DNA of 64,000 nt from Gemmatimonadales bacterium (GCA_046757925.1 JBHHZE010000011.1:4145-68144); one strand, 5' to 3'. Numbered from the stretch's first letter, positions 46,020-55,039 are shown. Translations and numbers: made by a program. The notes: generated by a model from the letters alone, not told the origin.

Positions 46020-46586
46020 GTGGTAGCACGTCCAGAGCGTAGACGACTCGCGTTCGAGGCCGAGGCGTTGCCCCATCTCGATGCGGTATATCGGGTAGCG
46101 CTTCGTTTGGCGGGTGACGAGTCGCAGGCCGACGACTTGACGCAAGAAACCATGCTCAAGGCGTTTCGCTCCTGGCATCAATACAAGCAGGGGACTAACG
46201 TGAGGGCGTGGTTGTTGACCATCCTCCGCCACACGTTCATTAACGATTACCGCAAGGCACGGCGTAGCGGGAGAATGGTCGACATCGCCGATGTCGAAGA
46301 GTTCCGAGTCTTCCATGAGGTCCAGGACGCCGATCCCGAGGGTACTTTCTTCAATCAGATTGTCGACGACGAGGTGTTGCGGGCGATCGACTCTCTGCCC
46401 GACGAGTTCCGCGAGACGCTCGTGTTGAGCGACGTGGAGCAACTGTCGTACGCTGAGATAGCAGAAGTTACTGGAGTACCCATAGGTACGGTGAAGTCCC
46501 GTCTATTCCGAGCGCGACAGGCATTACAGCAGCAGCTCTATGAATACGCCGTTGAGATGGGATACATCAAGGGGGCAGAACGGTGA
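46020..46586 (+). CDS. ECF (group IV) RNA polymerase sigma factor
   Basis: Region 2 (DAVYRVALRLAGDESQADDLTQETMLKAFRSWHQY...RAWLLTILRHTFINDYRK) and region 4 (LVLSDVEQLSYAEIAEVTGVPIGTVKSRLFRARQAL). Confidence 0.9.
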   Translation: MVARPERRRLAFEAEALPHLDAVYRVALRLAGDESQADDLTQETMLKAFRSWHQYKQGTNVRAWLLTILRHTFINDYRKARRSGRMVDIADVEEFRVFHEVQDADPEGTFFNQIVDDEVLRAIDSLPDEFRETLVLSDVEQLSYAEIAEVTGVPIGTVKSRLFRARQALQQQLYEYAVEMGYIKGAER

Positions 46587-46846
46587 AGCAAGAGCATGGA
46601 ATCGACTGTCACCAGGCGGCGCAACGACTATATGATTACCTGGACGGTGAACTGTCGAGCGATGATGAAAAGGCAGTGCGAGGTCATCTGCGCGACTGTG
46701 CTCCATGCTTCTCCCTTTTCAACTTCGAAGAAGCGTACGTCAAGTTCTTGTCCGCCAGGGCTAAGGCTCGCAAGGCTCCCGAACACCTCAAGCTAAAGAT
46801 CTTCGAACAGGTGATGCTGATGGGAGATGAAGCCGAGGAGGAGTGA
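46583..46846 (+). CDS. Soluble zinc-binding (ZAS) anti-sigma factor, RsrA-like
   Basis: 87 aa with no TM. IDCHQAAQRLYDYLDGEL...VRGHLRDCAPC contains the H-x3-C-x2-C ZAS motif plus an upstream Cys. GTGA overlap with the sigma gene stop. Confidence 0.75.
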   Translation: MKQEHGIDCHQAAQRLYDYLDGELSSDDEKAVRGHLRDCAPCFSLFNFEEAYVKFLSARAKARKAPEHLKLKIFEQVMLMGDEAEEE

Positions 46847-47631
46847 CCGTTGTCGTCGCCGGCGCGCTCGCGGGAACGTTGGCGCTGATAGGCCACGCAC
46901 TGAAGTGGCTCACTCGAGGAGGTACGATGGCTGCTGCCGGCGTTGGGACTGCGGTCCTTGCCGGAGCAGGACTGCGTGGCGCCAGCCTCCTGGCTCTGTT
47001 CTTCATCTCCGGTAGTCTCCTTACCAGATTCTCCCCAACGCTCGACCCTGCAGCTCGCGATCGTGCAGTAGGCACGCGCCGCAACGCCTATCAGGTGATT
47101 GCCAACGGTACCTGGGCAGCTGTTGGGGGACTGCTCCTCTGGATTCCCTCCCTCCTGGTGGGAGTGAACGGCTGGCCGCTGCTGACCGGCTCGCTGGCCG
47201 CCGCCCAAGGTGACACCTGGGCCACAGAAACCGGGGCGTTTTCGGCCAAACCACCCAGACTTTTCACCACAGGGAAAGCGGTCGCTCCCGGAACATCCGG
47301 TGGCACCACACTCCTCGGAACAATAGGCGGACTCACCGGTGTAGCCACTATGGCAGGACTCGCCATTCTGGTGGCGGTGCCCGACCGTGCGGTCGCCGGA
47401 TGCGTACTCGGCGGCGTCTCCGGTGTATTGATCGATTCCCTACTGGGCGCCACGGTCCAGGCTTCCTACTACTGCAGCTCCTGCGAAGAATCGTGCGAAA
47501 CGGCTCTACATAGGTGCGGGTTGGAGAGTGAACAGGTGCGAGGTTGGAGCAGGTTTAACAACGATGCGGTCAATTTCGTTGCGACGGGGGTGGGAGGCCT
47601 CATCTCGGTCGGTTACTGGCTGCTTCGGTAG
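46843..47631 (+). CDS. DUF92/TMEM19-family integral membrane protein (family of the plant phytyl-phosphate kinase VTE6)
   Basis: Motifs AAAQGDTWATETGAFS, VAPGTSGGTTLLGTIGG, IDSLLGATVQ and a Cys/His cluster YCSSCEESCETALHRCG, in a polytopic membrane context. GTGA overlap with the anti-sigma stop. Confidence 0.7.
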   Translation: MTVVVAGALAGTLALIGHALKWLTRGGTMAAAGVGTAVLAGAGLRGASLLALFFISGSLLTRFSPTLDPAARDRAVGTRRNAYQVIANGTWAAVGGLLLWIPSLLVGVNGWPLLTGSLAAAQGDTWATETGAFSAKPPRLFTTGKAVAPGTSGGTTLLGTIGGLTGVATMAGLAILVAVPDRAVAGCVLGGVSGVLIDSLLGATVQASYYCSSCEESCETALHRCGLESEQVRGWSRFNNDAVNFVATGVGGLISVGYWLLR

Positions 47632-47634
47632 CAG

Positions 47635-48870
47635 ATGCCAAACGCAAACACCAGGATGACCATGCCGATCTATGACGCGATCATAGTTGGTGCCGGGCCG
47701 GCAGGCAGCGCCACAGCTGCACTGTTCGCCAGGCGTGGGTTGCGAGTCCTTCTCGTGGAACGCTGCAGGTTCCCGCGCGCAAAGCCGTGTGCCGAGTATC
47801 TCAGCCCTCAGACATCTCAAATCCTCCAAAACTTGGGTGCTACCGAAATCCTCCGCCGCGAGTCTCCCGCCCGACTCCGTGGGATGCGGATCGTGAGTGC
47901 GGACAGAACATCGTTTACCGGCTGGTTTGACGGAGCGCACGGCTTTCGAGCTCACAGCAACTTTGGGATCGCACTGCCAAGAAAAGTTTTGGATGCACGC
48001 CTCGCGGAGGTCGCTGTCGATAGTGGAGCCACATTACTGGACGGAACTACGGTGGAACGCATGAGTCCGGCCGGCCCGCGGTGCCGGCAGCTATTGATCC
48101 GCCAGGGACACAGGGCATCTATAGTTTCAGGCCGACTGATCGTTGGAGCGGACGGCATAAATTCGCATATCGCCAAGCAGATGGGAGTGAGTAGACGGGG
48201 CCGTCTGCGACGTATTGCCCTAGTATCACACGCACATGACGTGGCAGGAATGCACGACATAGGAGAAATGCACGTTGGACGCGTCGGATATGCGGGCATA
48301 GCTCCCGTGGGAGGAGGGCTCACCAACCTCTCGATCGTGATAGACCTCAAACACGCCAGAGTATCGGGCGCTTCCGTGCTCGTCATGCAGGATCTTCTGC
48401 GACAATTCTTTCCGGAGATAGCCGCTCGCATGGCCGACGCGCGGTTCGTCTCTCCAGTGCTCGGAGCCGGTCCGTTCTCACGCCACACCACAACCGCTTG
48501 CAGCGACCGCGCACTGCTGGTAGGTGACGCGGCTGATTTTTATGATCCGTTTACGGGCGAAGGCATCTTCACCGCGCTGCGTGGAGCGGAACTTCTTGCC
48601 GGTCAGGCCCTAGCGGCGATAGAGACCGACAAACTGTCTGCATCTGATCTCACCTCCTATGACACAGTCCGGCGGCACGAGTTCGGTGGTAAATGGAAGG
48701 TCGAGCGCATGGTTGCTTGGTTCGTCGGACACCCACTGGCACTCAACCACGTGGCACGGCGTCTGGCTGCCAAGCAACGCCTCGCGGATCTCCTAATCGG
48801 AGTCGCCGGCGATTTCGTGCCGCCTGGTCAGGTGCTTCGTCCACAGTTTTTTTGGCAACTGGTCCGATGA
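47635..48870 (+). CDS. Geranylgeranyl-reductase-family FAD-dependent oxidoreductase
   Basis: YDAIIVGAGPAGSATA (GxGxxG), KPCAEYLSP, GADGINS and VGDAADFYDPFTGEGI. No WxWxIP halogenase motif. Confidence 0.8.
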   Translation: MPNANTRMTMPIYDAIIVGAGPAGSATAALFARRGLRVLLVERCRFPRAKPCAEYLSPQTSQILQNLGATEILRRESPARLRGMRIVSADRTSFTGWFDGAHGFRAHSNFGIALPRKVLDARLAEVAVDSGATLLDGTTVERMSPAGPRCRQLLIRQGHRASIVSGRLIVGADGINSHIAKQMGVSRRGRLRRIALVSHAHDVAGMHDIGEMHVGRVGYAGIAPVGGGLTNLSIVIDLKHARVSGASVLVMQDLLRQFFPEIAARMADARFVSPVLGAGPFSRHTTTACSDRALLVGDAADFYDPFTGEGIFTALRGAELLAGQALAAIETDKLSASDLTSYDTVRRHEFGGKWKVERMVAWFVGHPLALNHVARRLAAKQRLADLLIGVAGDFVPPGQVLRPQFFWQLVR

Positions 48871-49364
48871 CCCACGGGGAGCAGCGGGTCACGCCGTCCG
48901 AGTTCCGCACCCTAATAGGGAGCTTTGCGTCAGGCGTAAGCGTCATTACAGCGACCGACGGCAACGGCCGTGCTACCGGAATGACTGCTACCGCGGTAAC
49001 GGCCGTCTCGCTGGACCCGCCACTCATATCAGTATGCGTCAACAACAGCGATCCTCTCCATACGATCATGCGCGGCGCCACGATATTTGCTGTGAATATC
49101 CTCGCAGAAGGCCAGGTGACGATGTCGCGACGGTTCGCCGGCGAACACGCTCTGCGATTCCACGAAGTTGCCTATACCGAGGGTCTGCACGGCGTACCTC
49201 TCCTGGACAGCGTCGTAGCTCAGATACTGTGCAAGCCATGGAAGGAAATCGAAGCAGGTGATCACTCGATGTTTCTGGGACTGGTCACTGCCGGTTCAGT
49301 TTTCGAGCGGCTACCGTTGCTGCATTATCGCGGTCGATACGGAACCACGAGGGACTTGGCATGA
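48867..49364 (+). CDS. Flavin reductase (FMN-binding split-barrel, HpaC/ActVB-like)
   Basis: EFRTLIGSFASGVSVITATDGNGRATGMTATAVTAVSLDPPLISVCV... is typical of the Flavin_Reduct domain. The start is ATG 48867 (ATGA overlap). The track ORF begins upstream in the same frame, inside the previous gene. Confidence 0.8.
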   Translation: MTHGEQRVTPSEFRTLIGSFASGVSVITATDGNGRATGMTATAVTAVSLDPPLISVCVNNSDPLHTIMRGATIFAVNILAEGQVTMSRRFAGEHALRFHEVAYTEGLHGVPLLDSVVAQILCKPWKEIEAGDHSMFLGLVTAGSVFERLPLLHYRGRYGTTRDLA

Positions 49365-50050
49365 CGCTGGGCGCGATTTCACGAATCGGCCACGAGGCGC
49401 TCGACACACGCCAATGTGAACCCGGCATAGCACGGGCCACATTGCGCGATATCGCTCGGGCGAACGCTCTGTTCGGGGGAACAGCGGCCGTTGGATTCGG
49501 CGTGGCCAAGCTTCTGGGTGGGAAGAAGAGCGGCGCCCAACTCAGCCTGCTGGACGCCGGTGCGGGTGCGGGTGACATAACGGCGCATTTGAGTCGCAAG
49601 AGTCCTCGCCGTGAAGTCGCAATCAAACCATATACTCTAGACTTCAATCGTGAGGCAGTGCGAACATGCAGTAGTAGAGGACTTGTCACGGTGATGGGAG
49701 ACGTGCATTCCATCCCCTTTCGCGACGATAGTTTCGACATAGTGGTGGCAAGTCAGCTGTTGCATCATTTCGCTCGTCCTGCTGCAGCCACCATCCTGCG
49801 AGAGTTCGCGCGTGTCGCGCGGCGCGGCGTAGTTGTTGCAGATCTCGAGCGTGCAAGCCTGGCGGCGGCTGGTATTTGGGTGGCGTCTCTCCTGCTGGGT
49901 TTTCACCCGGTCACGAGACATGATTCCGTGGTCTCCGTCCAACGTGGATTCTCGCCCCAGGAACTCTCGGCGCTGTTGCGCTCAGCCGGCATGCACACCC
50001 GGGTCTATCGCCGTCCTGGATATCGGCTCGTTGCGGCGTGGAGAGCATGA
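49361..50050 (+). CDS. Class I SAM-dependent methyltransferase
   Basis: Motif I LLDAGAGAGDIT, post-I acidic residue, and FDIVVASQLLHHF. ATGA overlap with the previous stop. Confidence 0.75.
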   Translation: MTLGAISRIGHEALDTRQCEPGIARATLRDIARANALFGGTAAVGFGVAKLLGGKKSGAQLSLLDAGAGAGDITAHLSRKSPRREVAIKPYTLDFNREAVRTCSSRGLVTVMGDVHSIPFRDDSFDIVVASQLLHHFARPAAATILREFARVARRGVVVADLERASLAAAGIWVASLLLGFHPVTRHDSVVSVQRGFSPQELSALLRSAGMHTRVYRRPGYRLVAAWRA

Positions 50051-50051
50051 C

Positions 50052-50507
50052 GTGGAAACCATCGATCGCATATCGGTGCAAGCTCCGATCAAGCGTGTAT
50101 TCGAAGTGGCAGTAGACGTAGAGCGATGGCCCGAGTTTCTAAGCCATTACCGTTGGGTGCGGGTACTGGAGCGATCGGAACATGATCGTCTGGTTGAAAT
50201 GGCGGCATGGCGACCGTTCGGGCCGGTCCGTTTTCCCACTTGGTGGCTATCACGGATGCGTGTAAGCCACGACGCACACATCATACATTACACACACGTG
50301 CGCGGCCTAACGAATGGCATGGACGTCGAGTGGCAGCTGGTTGCCCGCCCACATGGCGTCGAGATCGTAATAACTCACTATTGGAAGGGACTGCCCGTGC
50401 CCGTCATCGGCTCTTTGGTGGCCAGCTGTGTCATAGGACCGGTCTTCATTCACGGAATCGCGTCTCGTACGTTGGCGGGCGTCAAGCGCAGGGCCGAATG
50501 GACGTGA
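50052..50507 (+). CDS. SRPBCC (START/polyketide cyclase-dehydrase-like) family protein
   Basis: IDRISVQAPIKRVFEVAVDVERWPEFLSHYRWVRVLE... is a typical SRPBCC N-terminus, about 150 aa. The start is set at GTG 50052, 2 nt after the methyltransferase stop. Confidence 0.6.
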   Translation: METIDRISVQAPIKRVFEVAVDVERWPEFLSHYRWVRVLERSEHDRLVEMAAWRPFGPVRFPTWWLSRMRVSHDAHIIHYTHVRGLTNGMDVEWQLVARPHGVEIVITHYWKGLPVPVIGSLVASCVIGPVFIHGIASRTLAGVKRRAEWT

Positions 50508-51736
50508 CAGGGGTATCCATCACCGGGCTTGGCATGGTGACGCCGATCGGCACCGGGGCCGATCAGTTCTGGGCCGGCCTGAAGGCCAGACGATCGGCCG
50601 TGCGCGAGATTACTCGATTCGACCCTACACCATTCAGCAGCCACGTGGCGGCCGAGATAGACGACTTTCACCCGGCCGATCATCTTAGTCGCAAGGCAGT
50701 CCGTCGATACGATCGATTTTCACAGCTTGGCGTTACTGCGGCCCGCCTTGCCGTCCTGGACGCCGGGCTCGACCTTCCGCGTGAAGAACCGGGCAGCGTC
50801 GGAGTAATGATGGGTTCGGCCTTGGGCGGAGTGGCCTTCGCCGAACACCAGTCGGCAGTCTACATGAGAGACGGAATCCGAGCTGTAGCGCCGACACTTG
50901 CGCTCTCGGTATTCGGTGGAGCGGTCTCCTGCAACATCGCCATCGAGTTCGGTATCACGGGACCCAACTCCACCAATGCGATGTCGTGCGCCTCCGGTAC
51001 GATTGCCATCGGCGACGCCTTGAACGTAATTCGTTCGCACAAGGCCGATGTGATGTTGGCGGGAGGTTCCGAAGCCCCGTTGGCTCCCCTCTGCTTCGGC
51101 GCGTTCGCCATCATCCGCGCGATGTCCAGCCGAAATAGCGAGCCGGCGCGGGCGTCGCGGCCCTTCGACATCGACAGAGATGGTTTTGTCATGGGGGAGG
51201 GAGCGGCTGTCATCGTGCTCGAAAGGAAGGATCATGCTGTCGCGAGAGGAGCCCACATCTACGCCGACATCGTCGGATACGCCGTGACCAACGATGCTCA
51301 CCATATCACAGCACCCAGACCCGATGCCAGAGAAGCTGCCCGCACGATCAAGCTCGCACTGGACGATGCCAAGATCGAGCCCAAAGAGGTTGCGTACATA
51401 AATGCGCATGGATCCTCAACTCCACTCAACGACAGCACCGAAACGCTGGCGATCAAGACCGTATTCGGAGCCCATGCATACCGTCTGGCCACGAGTGGAA
51501 CAAAGGGCTACTATGGACATCCACTCGGCGCGAGTGGAGCCATCGAGGCCAGCGTATGCGCCCTGAGTATGTCCCGAGGATGGATGCCACCGACGCTTAA
51601 CCTGGATGAGCCCGGTCCTGATTGTGACATCCACTACCTCGCGGACGGGGGCTTCGAGGGGCAACCCGCTGTGGCCATTTCCAATTCGTTTGGTTTTGGT
51701 GGAATCAACGCTACGTTAGTGTTCAGGCGATCCTGA
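50498..51736 (+). CDS. Beta-ketoacyl synthase, KAS I/II (FabF-like) with Cys-His-His triad
   Basis: VSITGLGMVTPIGTG, active-site NAMSCASGTIAIGDA, DAHHITAP, INAHGSSTPLND, and C-terminal SNSFGFGGINATLVF. The start is ATG 50498 (or GTG 50504), overlapping the SRPBCC stop. The track ORF start at 50207 is out of context. Confidence 0.9.
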   Translation: MDVTGVSITGLGMVTPIGTGADQFWAGLKARRSAVREITRFDPTPFSSHVAAEIDDFHPADHLSRKAVRRYDRFSQLGVTAARLAVLDAGLDLPREEPGSVGVMMGSALGGVAFAEHQSAVYMRDGIRAVAPTLALSVFGGAVSCNIAIEFGITGPNSTNAMSCASGTIAIGDALNVIRSHKADVMLAGGSEAPLAPLCFGAFAIIRAMSSRNSEPARASRPFDIDRDGFVMGEGAAVIVLERKDHAVARGAHIYADIVGYAVTNDAHHITAPRPDAREAARTIKLALDDAKIEPKEVAYINAHGSSTPLNDSTETLAIKTVFGAHAYRLATSGTKGYYGHPLGASGAIEASVCALSMSRGWMPPTLNLDEPGPDCDIHYLADGGFEGQPAVAISNSFGFGGINATLVFRRS

Positions 51737-51762
51737 ACAGTGAACACTGAGAATGGAGACTC

Positions 51763-52449
51763 TTGATGAACACGACGGTCATCCGTCCGCTGGCGGCAGA
51801 ATGCCTGGGAACCTTTGGGCTCATTTTCATCGGCGCCGGCGCTGTCCTCATGGACAGCCATACCGGTGGTGCGCTCGGCCTCCTGGGCGTGGCCCTGGCC
51901 CACGCGCTGGTCCTCTCCATTATGGTGACGGCGACAATGAACATCTCCGGAGGGCACGTCAATCCCGCCGTTACGCTGGCACTCTTTCTAGCCAAGAAAG
52001 TCGACGGGAAGCTCGCCGGTATGTATGTGCTGGCCCAACTGCTGGGCGCGGTTGCAGCGGCACTCTTGGTTCGATGGTTGCTTCCGTCCGCTGCCGGCGA
52101 ACTCACGAGTTATGGGGCCCCAAAAATCGCGCCGGAAATCAACATGCTGCAGGCGATTGCAATCGAGATGGTCCTTACGTTCTTCCTCGTGAGTGCCGTG
52201 TTCGGTACCGCCGTTTCATCCGAAGCGCCAAGCGTTGGCGGCTTCGGCATTGGATTAGTACTCTTATTCGACATCTTGGTGGGCGGTCCCTTGACCGGAG
52301 CAGCCATGAACCCGGCAAGGGCATTCGGGCCGGCGCTGATCTCCATGGACTTCGAGGGACACGTGGCATATTGGGCCGGTCCATTGCTCGGAGGAGCGCT
52401 GGCTGCCGGATTGTGGGCAGGAGTGTTGCTACCCCGGAAAGCGGCATAG
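51763..52449 (+). CDS. aqpZ: Aquaporin / MIP-family channel
   Basis: Two NPA boxes (SGGHVNPAVTLA and GAAMNPARAFGPA), six TM segments, 228 aa. Confidence 0.9.
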   Translation: MMNTTVIRPLAAECLGTFGLIFIGAGAVLMDSHTGGALGLLGVALAHALVLSIMVTATMNISGGHVNPAVTLALFLAKKVDGKLAGMYVLAQLLGAVAAALLVRWLLPSAAGELTSYGAPKIAPEINMLQAIAIEMVLTFFLVSAVFGTAVSSEAPSVGGFGIGLVLLFDILVGGPLTGAAMNPARAFGPALISMDFEGHVAYWAGPLLGGALAAGLWAGVLLPRKAA

Positions 52450-52494
52450 CAGGGAAGACCGAGGGATAGCAACTACCGATTGGGACATCACTCG

Positions 52495-52584
52495 CTATTC
52501 CATCTTCCTTGTCCTAATCACCAAGGACAACGCATACCCAAGTACCACTACGGCCGCAATCACGTAAGCCGCCACCATGTACAC
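52495..52584 (-). CDS. ccmD: Candidate heme exporter protein CcmD (small ORF absent from the ORF track)
   Basis: My own translation of the minus strand, 7 nt after the ccmC stop: (V)YMVAAYVIAAVVVLGYALSLVIRTRKME*. This is a single TM helix followed by basic residues, like CcmD, and in the canonical position after ccmC. Start is GTG 52584 or ATG 52578. Confidence 0.45.
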   Translation of the reverse strand: MYMVAAYVIAAVVVLGYALSLVIRTRKME

Positions 52585-52591
52585 GCCGTTA

Positions 52592-53293
52592 TCAGGGTAT
52601 CCCACTCGAGGCTTCCTCCTTTACCTCCACCAAGACCGCCAACGCATACCTTTGCATCAGAAATCCCACATACAAGCACGTGAATATGGTGAGAGACAGT
52701 AGCAACGTGAGCAGCATGTCTCCCGGCAGAGACGGCGTGCTCGGCTTCAGAACGACTGGGGCCGGGTGCAACGTCCGAAACAGGTATACCGTCATGTGGA
52801 TGAACGGCACAAGGACGAGCGCCATGATACCCAACACCGCCGAATACCTCGCCCGCATCTCTGGATCGTTCAACGCACCTCGTAGCACCAAATACCCTAT
52901 GAAGAGCAGGAAAATGAAGAGGGTCGACGTGAGGCGCGCATCCCAGGTCCACCACGTGCCCCAAATAGGCTTACCCCAGATTGGGCCAGTGGTGAGCATC
53001 ACCAACGAAAACCCAATCCCAACCTCGGCCGACGATGCAGCTATCGTATCGAGTTTGCGATCTTTGAGCCAAAGGTACAGAACGCTCGCAACCCCGGTTA
53101 CACCAAACGCCAGCAGCGCCGACCAGGCTGCCGGGGCGTGAACGTAAAAAATCTTCTGCGCCGGTCCCTGGACTCTCTCAATGGGAGTGAACGCCAACGC
53201 CCGCACGTAAACACCTCCCAGTCCGAGAAGCGCCAGCGCCGTGATCCAACCACCGCGTCTGGAAATCGCCCGTGCCCTTTCATACCGCGTCAT
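52592..53293 (-). CDS. ccmC: Heme exporter protein CcmC
   Basis: Trp-rich heme-handling motif WGKPIWGTWWTWDARLTS, flanking His residues, and six TMs. Confidence 0.9.
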   Translation of the reverse strand: MTRYERARAISRRGGWITALALLGLGGVYVRALAFTPIERVQGPAQKIFYVHAPAAWSALLAFGVTGVASVLYLWLKDRKLDTIAASSAEVGIGFSLVMLTTGPIWGKPIWGTWWTWDARLTSTLFIFLLFIGYLVLRGALNDPEMRARYSAVLGIMALVLVPFIHMTVYLFRTLHPAPVVLKPSTPSLPGDMLLTLLLSLTIFTCLYVGFLMQRYALAVLVEVKEEASSGIP

Positions 53294-53973
53294 TCTTCCA
53301 GAGTCGCCTCAAACAGTAGAAAGCAAAGCCCGAGAAAGATAATGTCGAACGCCCCAAGCAACTTAAGCCAGCCAGCCAACTCGCTCAATGGCCGAGCCGC
53401 TAGAATCCGTGACGTGAGTTGCACAGCACCCACTACCGGAGGTAGCAAGAACGGCAGCAGTAATATCGGAAGCATGAGTTCCGCAAACCGGGTTTGTACA
53501 ACCATCGAACTGAGCAGTGTTCCAACAGCAACGAACGCGAGCGTAGTCATCGCAGTGACAGCCAGCAACGCAGGGAGCTGTTTCCAAATGGGTAGGTCGT
53601 AGAACAGTACGAACAATGGTAGCGATATCAGCTCCACCACACTAACAAACGCTAGATTGCCGATCAGCTTTCCCATGAATACGGCTGTTCTTGATACGGG
53701 ACTCAGTAGAATGCCATCCAACGCACGATTCTCCCGCTCGATCAAGAACGCCCTATTGAGGCCCAGCATCGCCGCAAAGGTAAAGGTCACCCACAGTGCG
53801 CCTGGGGCGACGTCGATCGCAAGTACAACCGTCGGATCACGGGCCAAATAAAAAACCGCGAGCACGAGCACTGCAAACACCATCGACGACGCGAAAGCGG
53901 TCCGCGTTCTCCACTCAACCCTCAGATCTTTTCCGGCTACTGCAAGCGCCGTAGCCCAAAATGAGCTACCCAC
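53290..53973 (-). CDS. ccmB: Heme exporter permease CcmB
   Basis: Six-TM ABC-2-type permease positioned between ccmA and ccmC (FWATALAVAGKDLRVEWRT...). The start is set at GTG 53973. The track start at 54066 overlaps ccmA by 101 nt. Confidence 0.8.
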   Translation of the reverse strand: MGSSFWATALAVAGKDLRVEWRTRTAFASSMVFAVLVLAVFYLARDPTVVLAIDVAPGALWVTFTFAAMLGLNRAFLIERENRALDGILLSPVSRTAVFMGKLIGNLAFVSVVELISLPLFVLFYDLPIWKQLPALLAVTAMTTLAFVAVGTLLSSMVVQTRFAELMLPILLLPFLLPPVVGAVQLTSRILAARPLSELAGWLKLLGAFDIIFLGLCFLLFEATLEE

Positions 53974-54625
53974 TCGCAACCTCCCGGTAACGTTCGGTGA
54001 CAGCAGTACAGTCGCGTCCGTTGACCGGCTCGAATGCGGCGAGTTTGCCGCCCACGAGGTACGCAACCGAACCCACCAGTCCTACCAACTCCGCTATTTG
54101 GTGGGTCGAGATCAGAACGGCCTTGCCCTGTGACCGCAAATCCGCGAAAAGCTGACAGGCTATCGCAGAACCATCGGGATCCAGTCCCGTCAGTGGCTCG
54201 TCCATCAATAGCAGATCCGGGTCGGGCAATAGCGCCCGTGCAATGGCCAGCCTTTGAGTCATTCCCCTGCTGAACGTACCTACTCGACGGTCCGCGTACT
54301 GCATAAGGCCCAGCCTCTCCAAGACCTGGTCGATCCGCGACGCATCTGGTGAGCCGTGCAGTCGTGCGGCAAACGATAGATTCTCTCTCGCGGTGAGAAC
54401 ATCATAAAGCATCGACTGGTGTGCTACCATCCCCATTGTTCCCGTTCTGCTCACCGTCCCCGAACTGGGTCGCAGCAGACCGGCTAGTAGCCTGAGAAGA
54501 GTAGTCTTGCCTGCGCCATTGTGACCCAGCAGAAGCACTCCATCTCCCGACTCGAGTTGGAGCGACACTTCGTCCACGACTGTGCGGTACCCGAAGCGCC
54601 GCGTGACGCGTTGGGCTATCAGCAT
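53966..54625 (-). CDS. ccmA: Heme ABC exporter ATP-binding protein CcmA
   Basis: Walker A GHNGAGKTTLLRLLAG, signature FSRGMTQRLAIA, Walker B LLLMDEP. The start is set at ATG 54625 (MLIAQRVTRRFG). Confidence 0.85.
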   Translation of the reverse strand: MLIAQRVTRRFGYRTVVDEVSLQLESGDGVLLLGHNGAGKTTLLRLLAGLLRPSSGTVSRTGTMGMVAHQSMLYDVLTARENLSFAARLHGSPDASRIDQVLERLGLMQYADRRVGTFSRGMTQRLAIARALLPDPDLLLMDEPLTGLDPDGSAIACQLFADLRSQGKAVLISTHQIAELVGLVGSVAYLVGGKLAAFEPVNGRDCTAVTERYREVASG

Positions 54626-54712
54626 TGACCGGGGCCGCTTGTAGTCGGGACGGCTTTCAGAAAAGGAGGCATATCGACGGCCCCAATATAGCACGGTGGC
54701 TCCGTACAAACG

Positions 54713-55039
54713 CTACATGTCTTCGGCCATCTCGATTTCGAACAGATCTTCCAACTTCGTCAACGCCAGCAGAAATCTCAATTCCTGACTCAGGCCACGT
54801 AGCTTGATCGCAATGCGGGATTCCGCGGCTTTGCGCTGAACTACGATAAGCGCGCCGAGCCCCGAACTGTCCACCGAACGCGTGGACGAAAAATCGATCA
54901 CCAGCACGCCCCGCTTCAGCGCGCCCGCTTCGATCACTTCGATTGCCTCGAAAGCCGCGCGGCGAAACTCCATCCGCGAATCCAGACCGAGTTCCTCGGG
55001 CGCAACTACAACCCGGCTCTCGACGGTCGGCTTACTCAC
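54713..55039 (-). CDS. STAS-domain protein (anti-sigma-factor antagonist family)
   Basis: 108 aa. VLVIDFSSTRSVDSSGLGALIVVQRKA contains the conserved DSSGLG phospho-Ser loop. Confidence 0.75.
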   Translation of the reverse strand: MSKPTVESRVVVAPEELGLDSRMEFRRAAFEAIEVIEAGALKRGVLVIDFSSTRSVDSSGLGALIVVQRKAAESRIAIKLRGLSQELRFLLALTKLEDLFEIEMAEDM

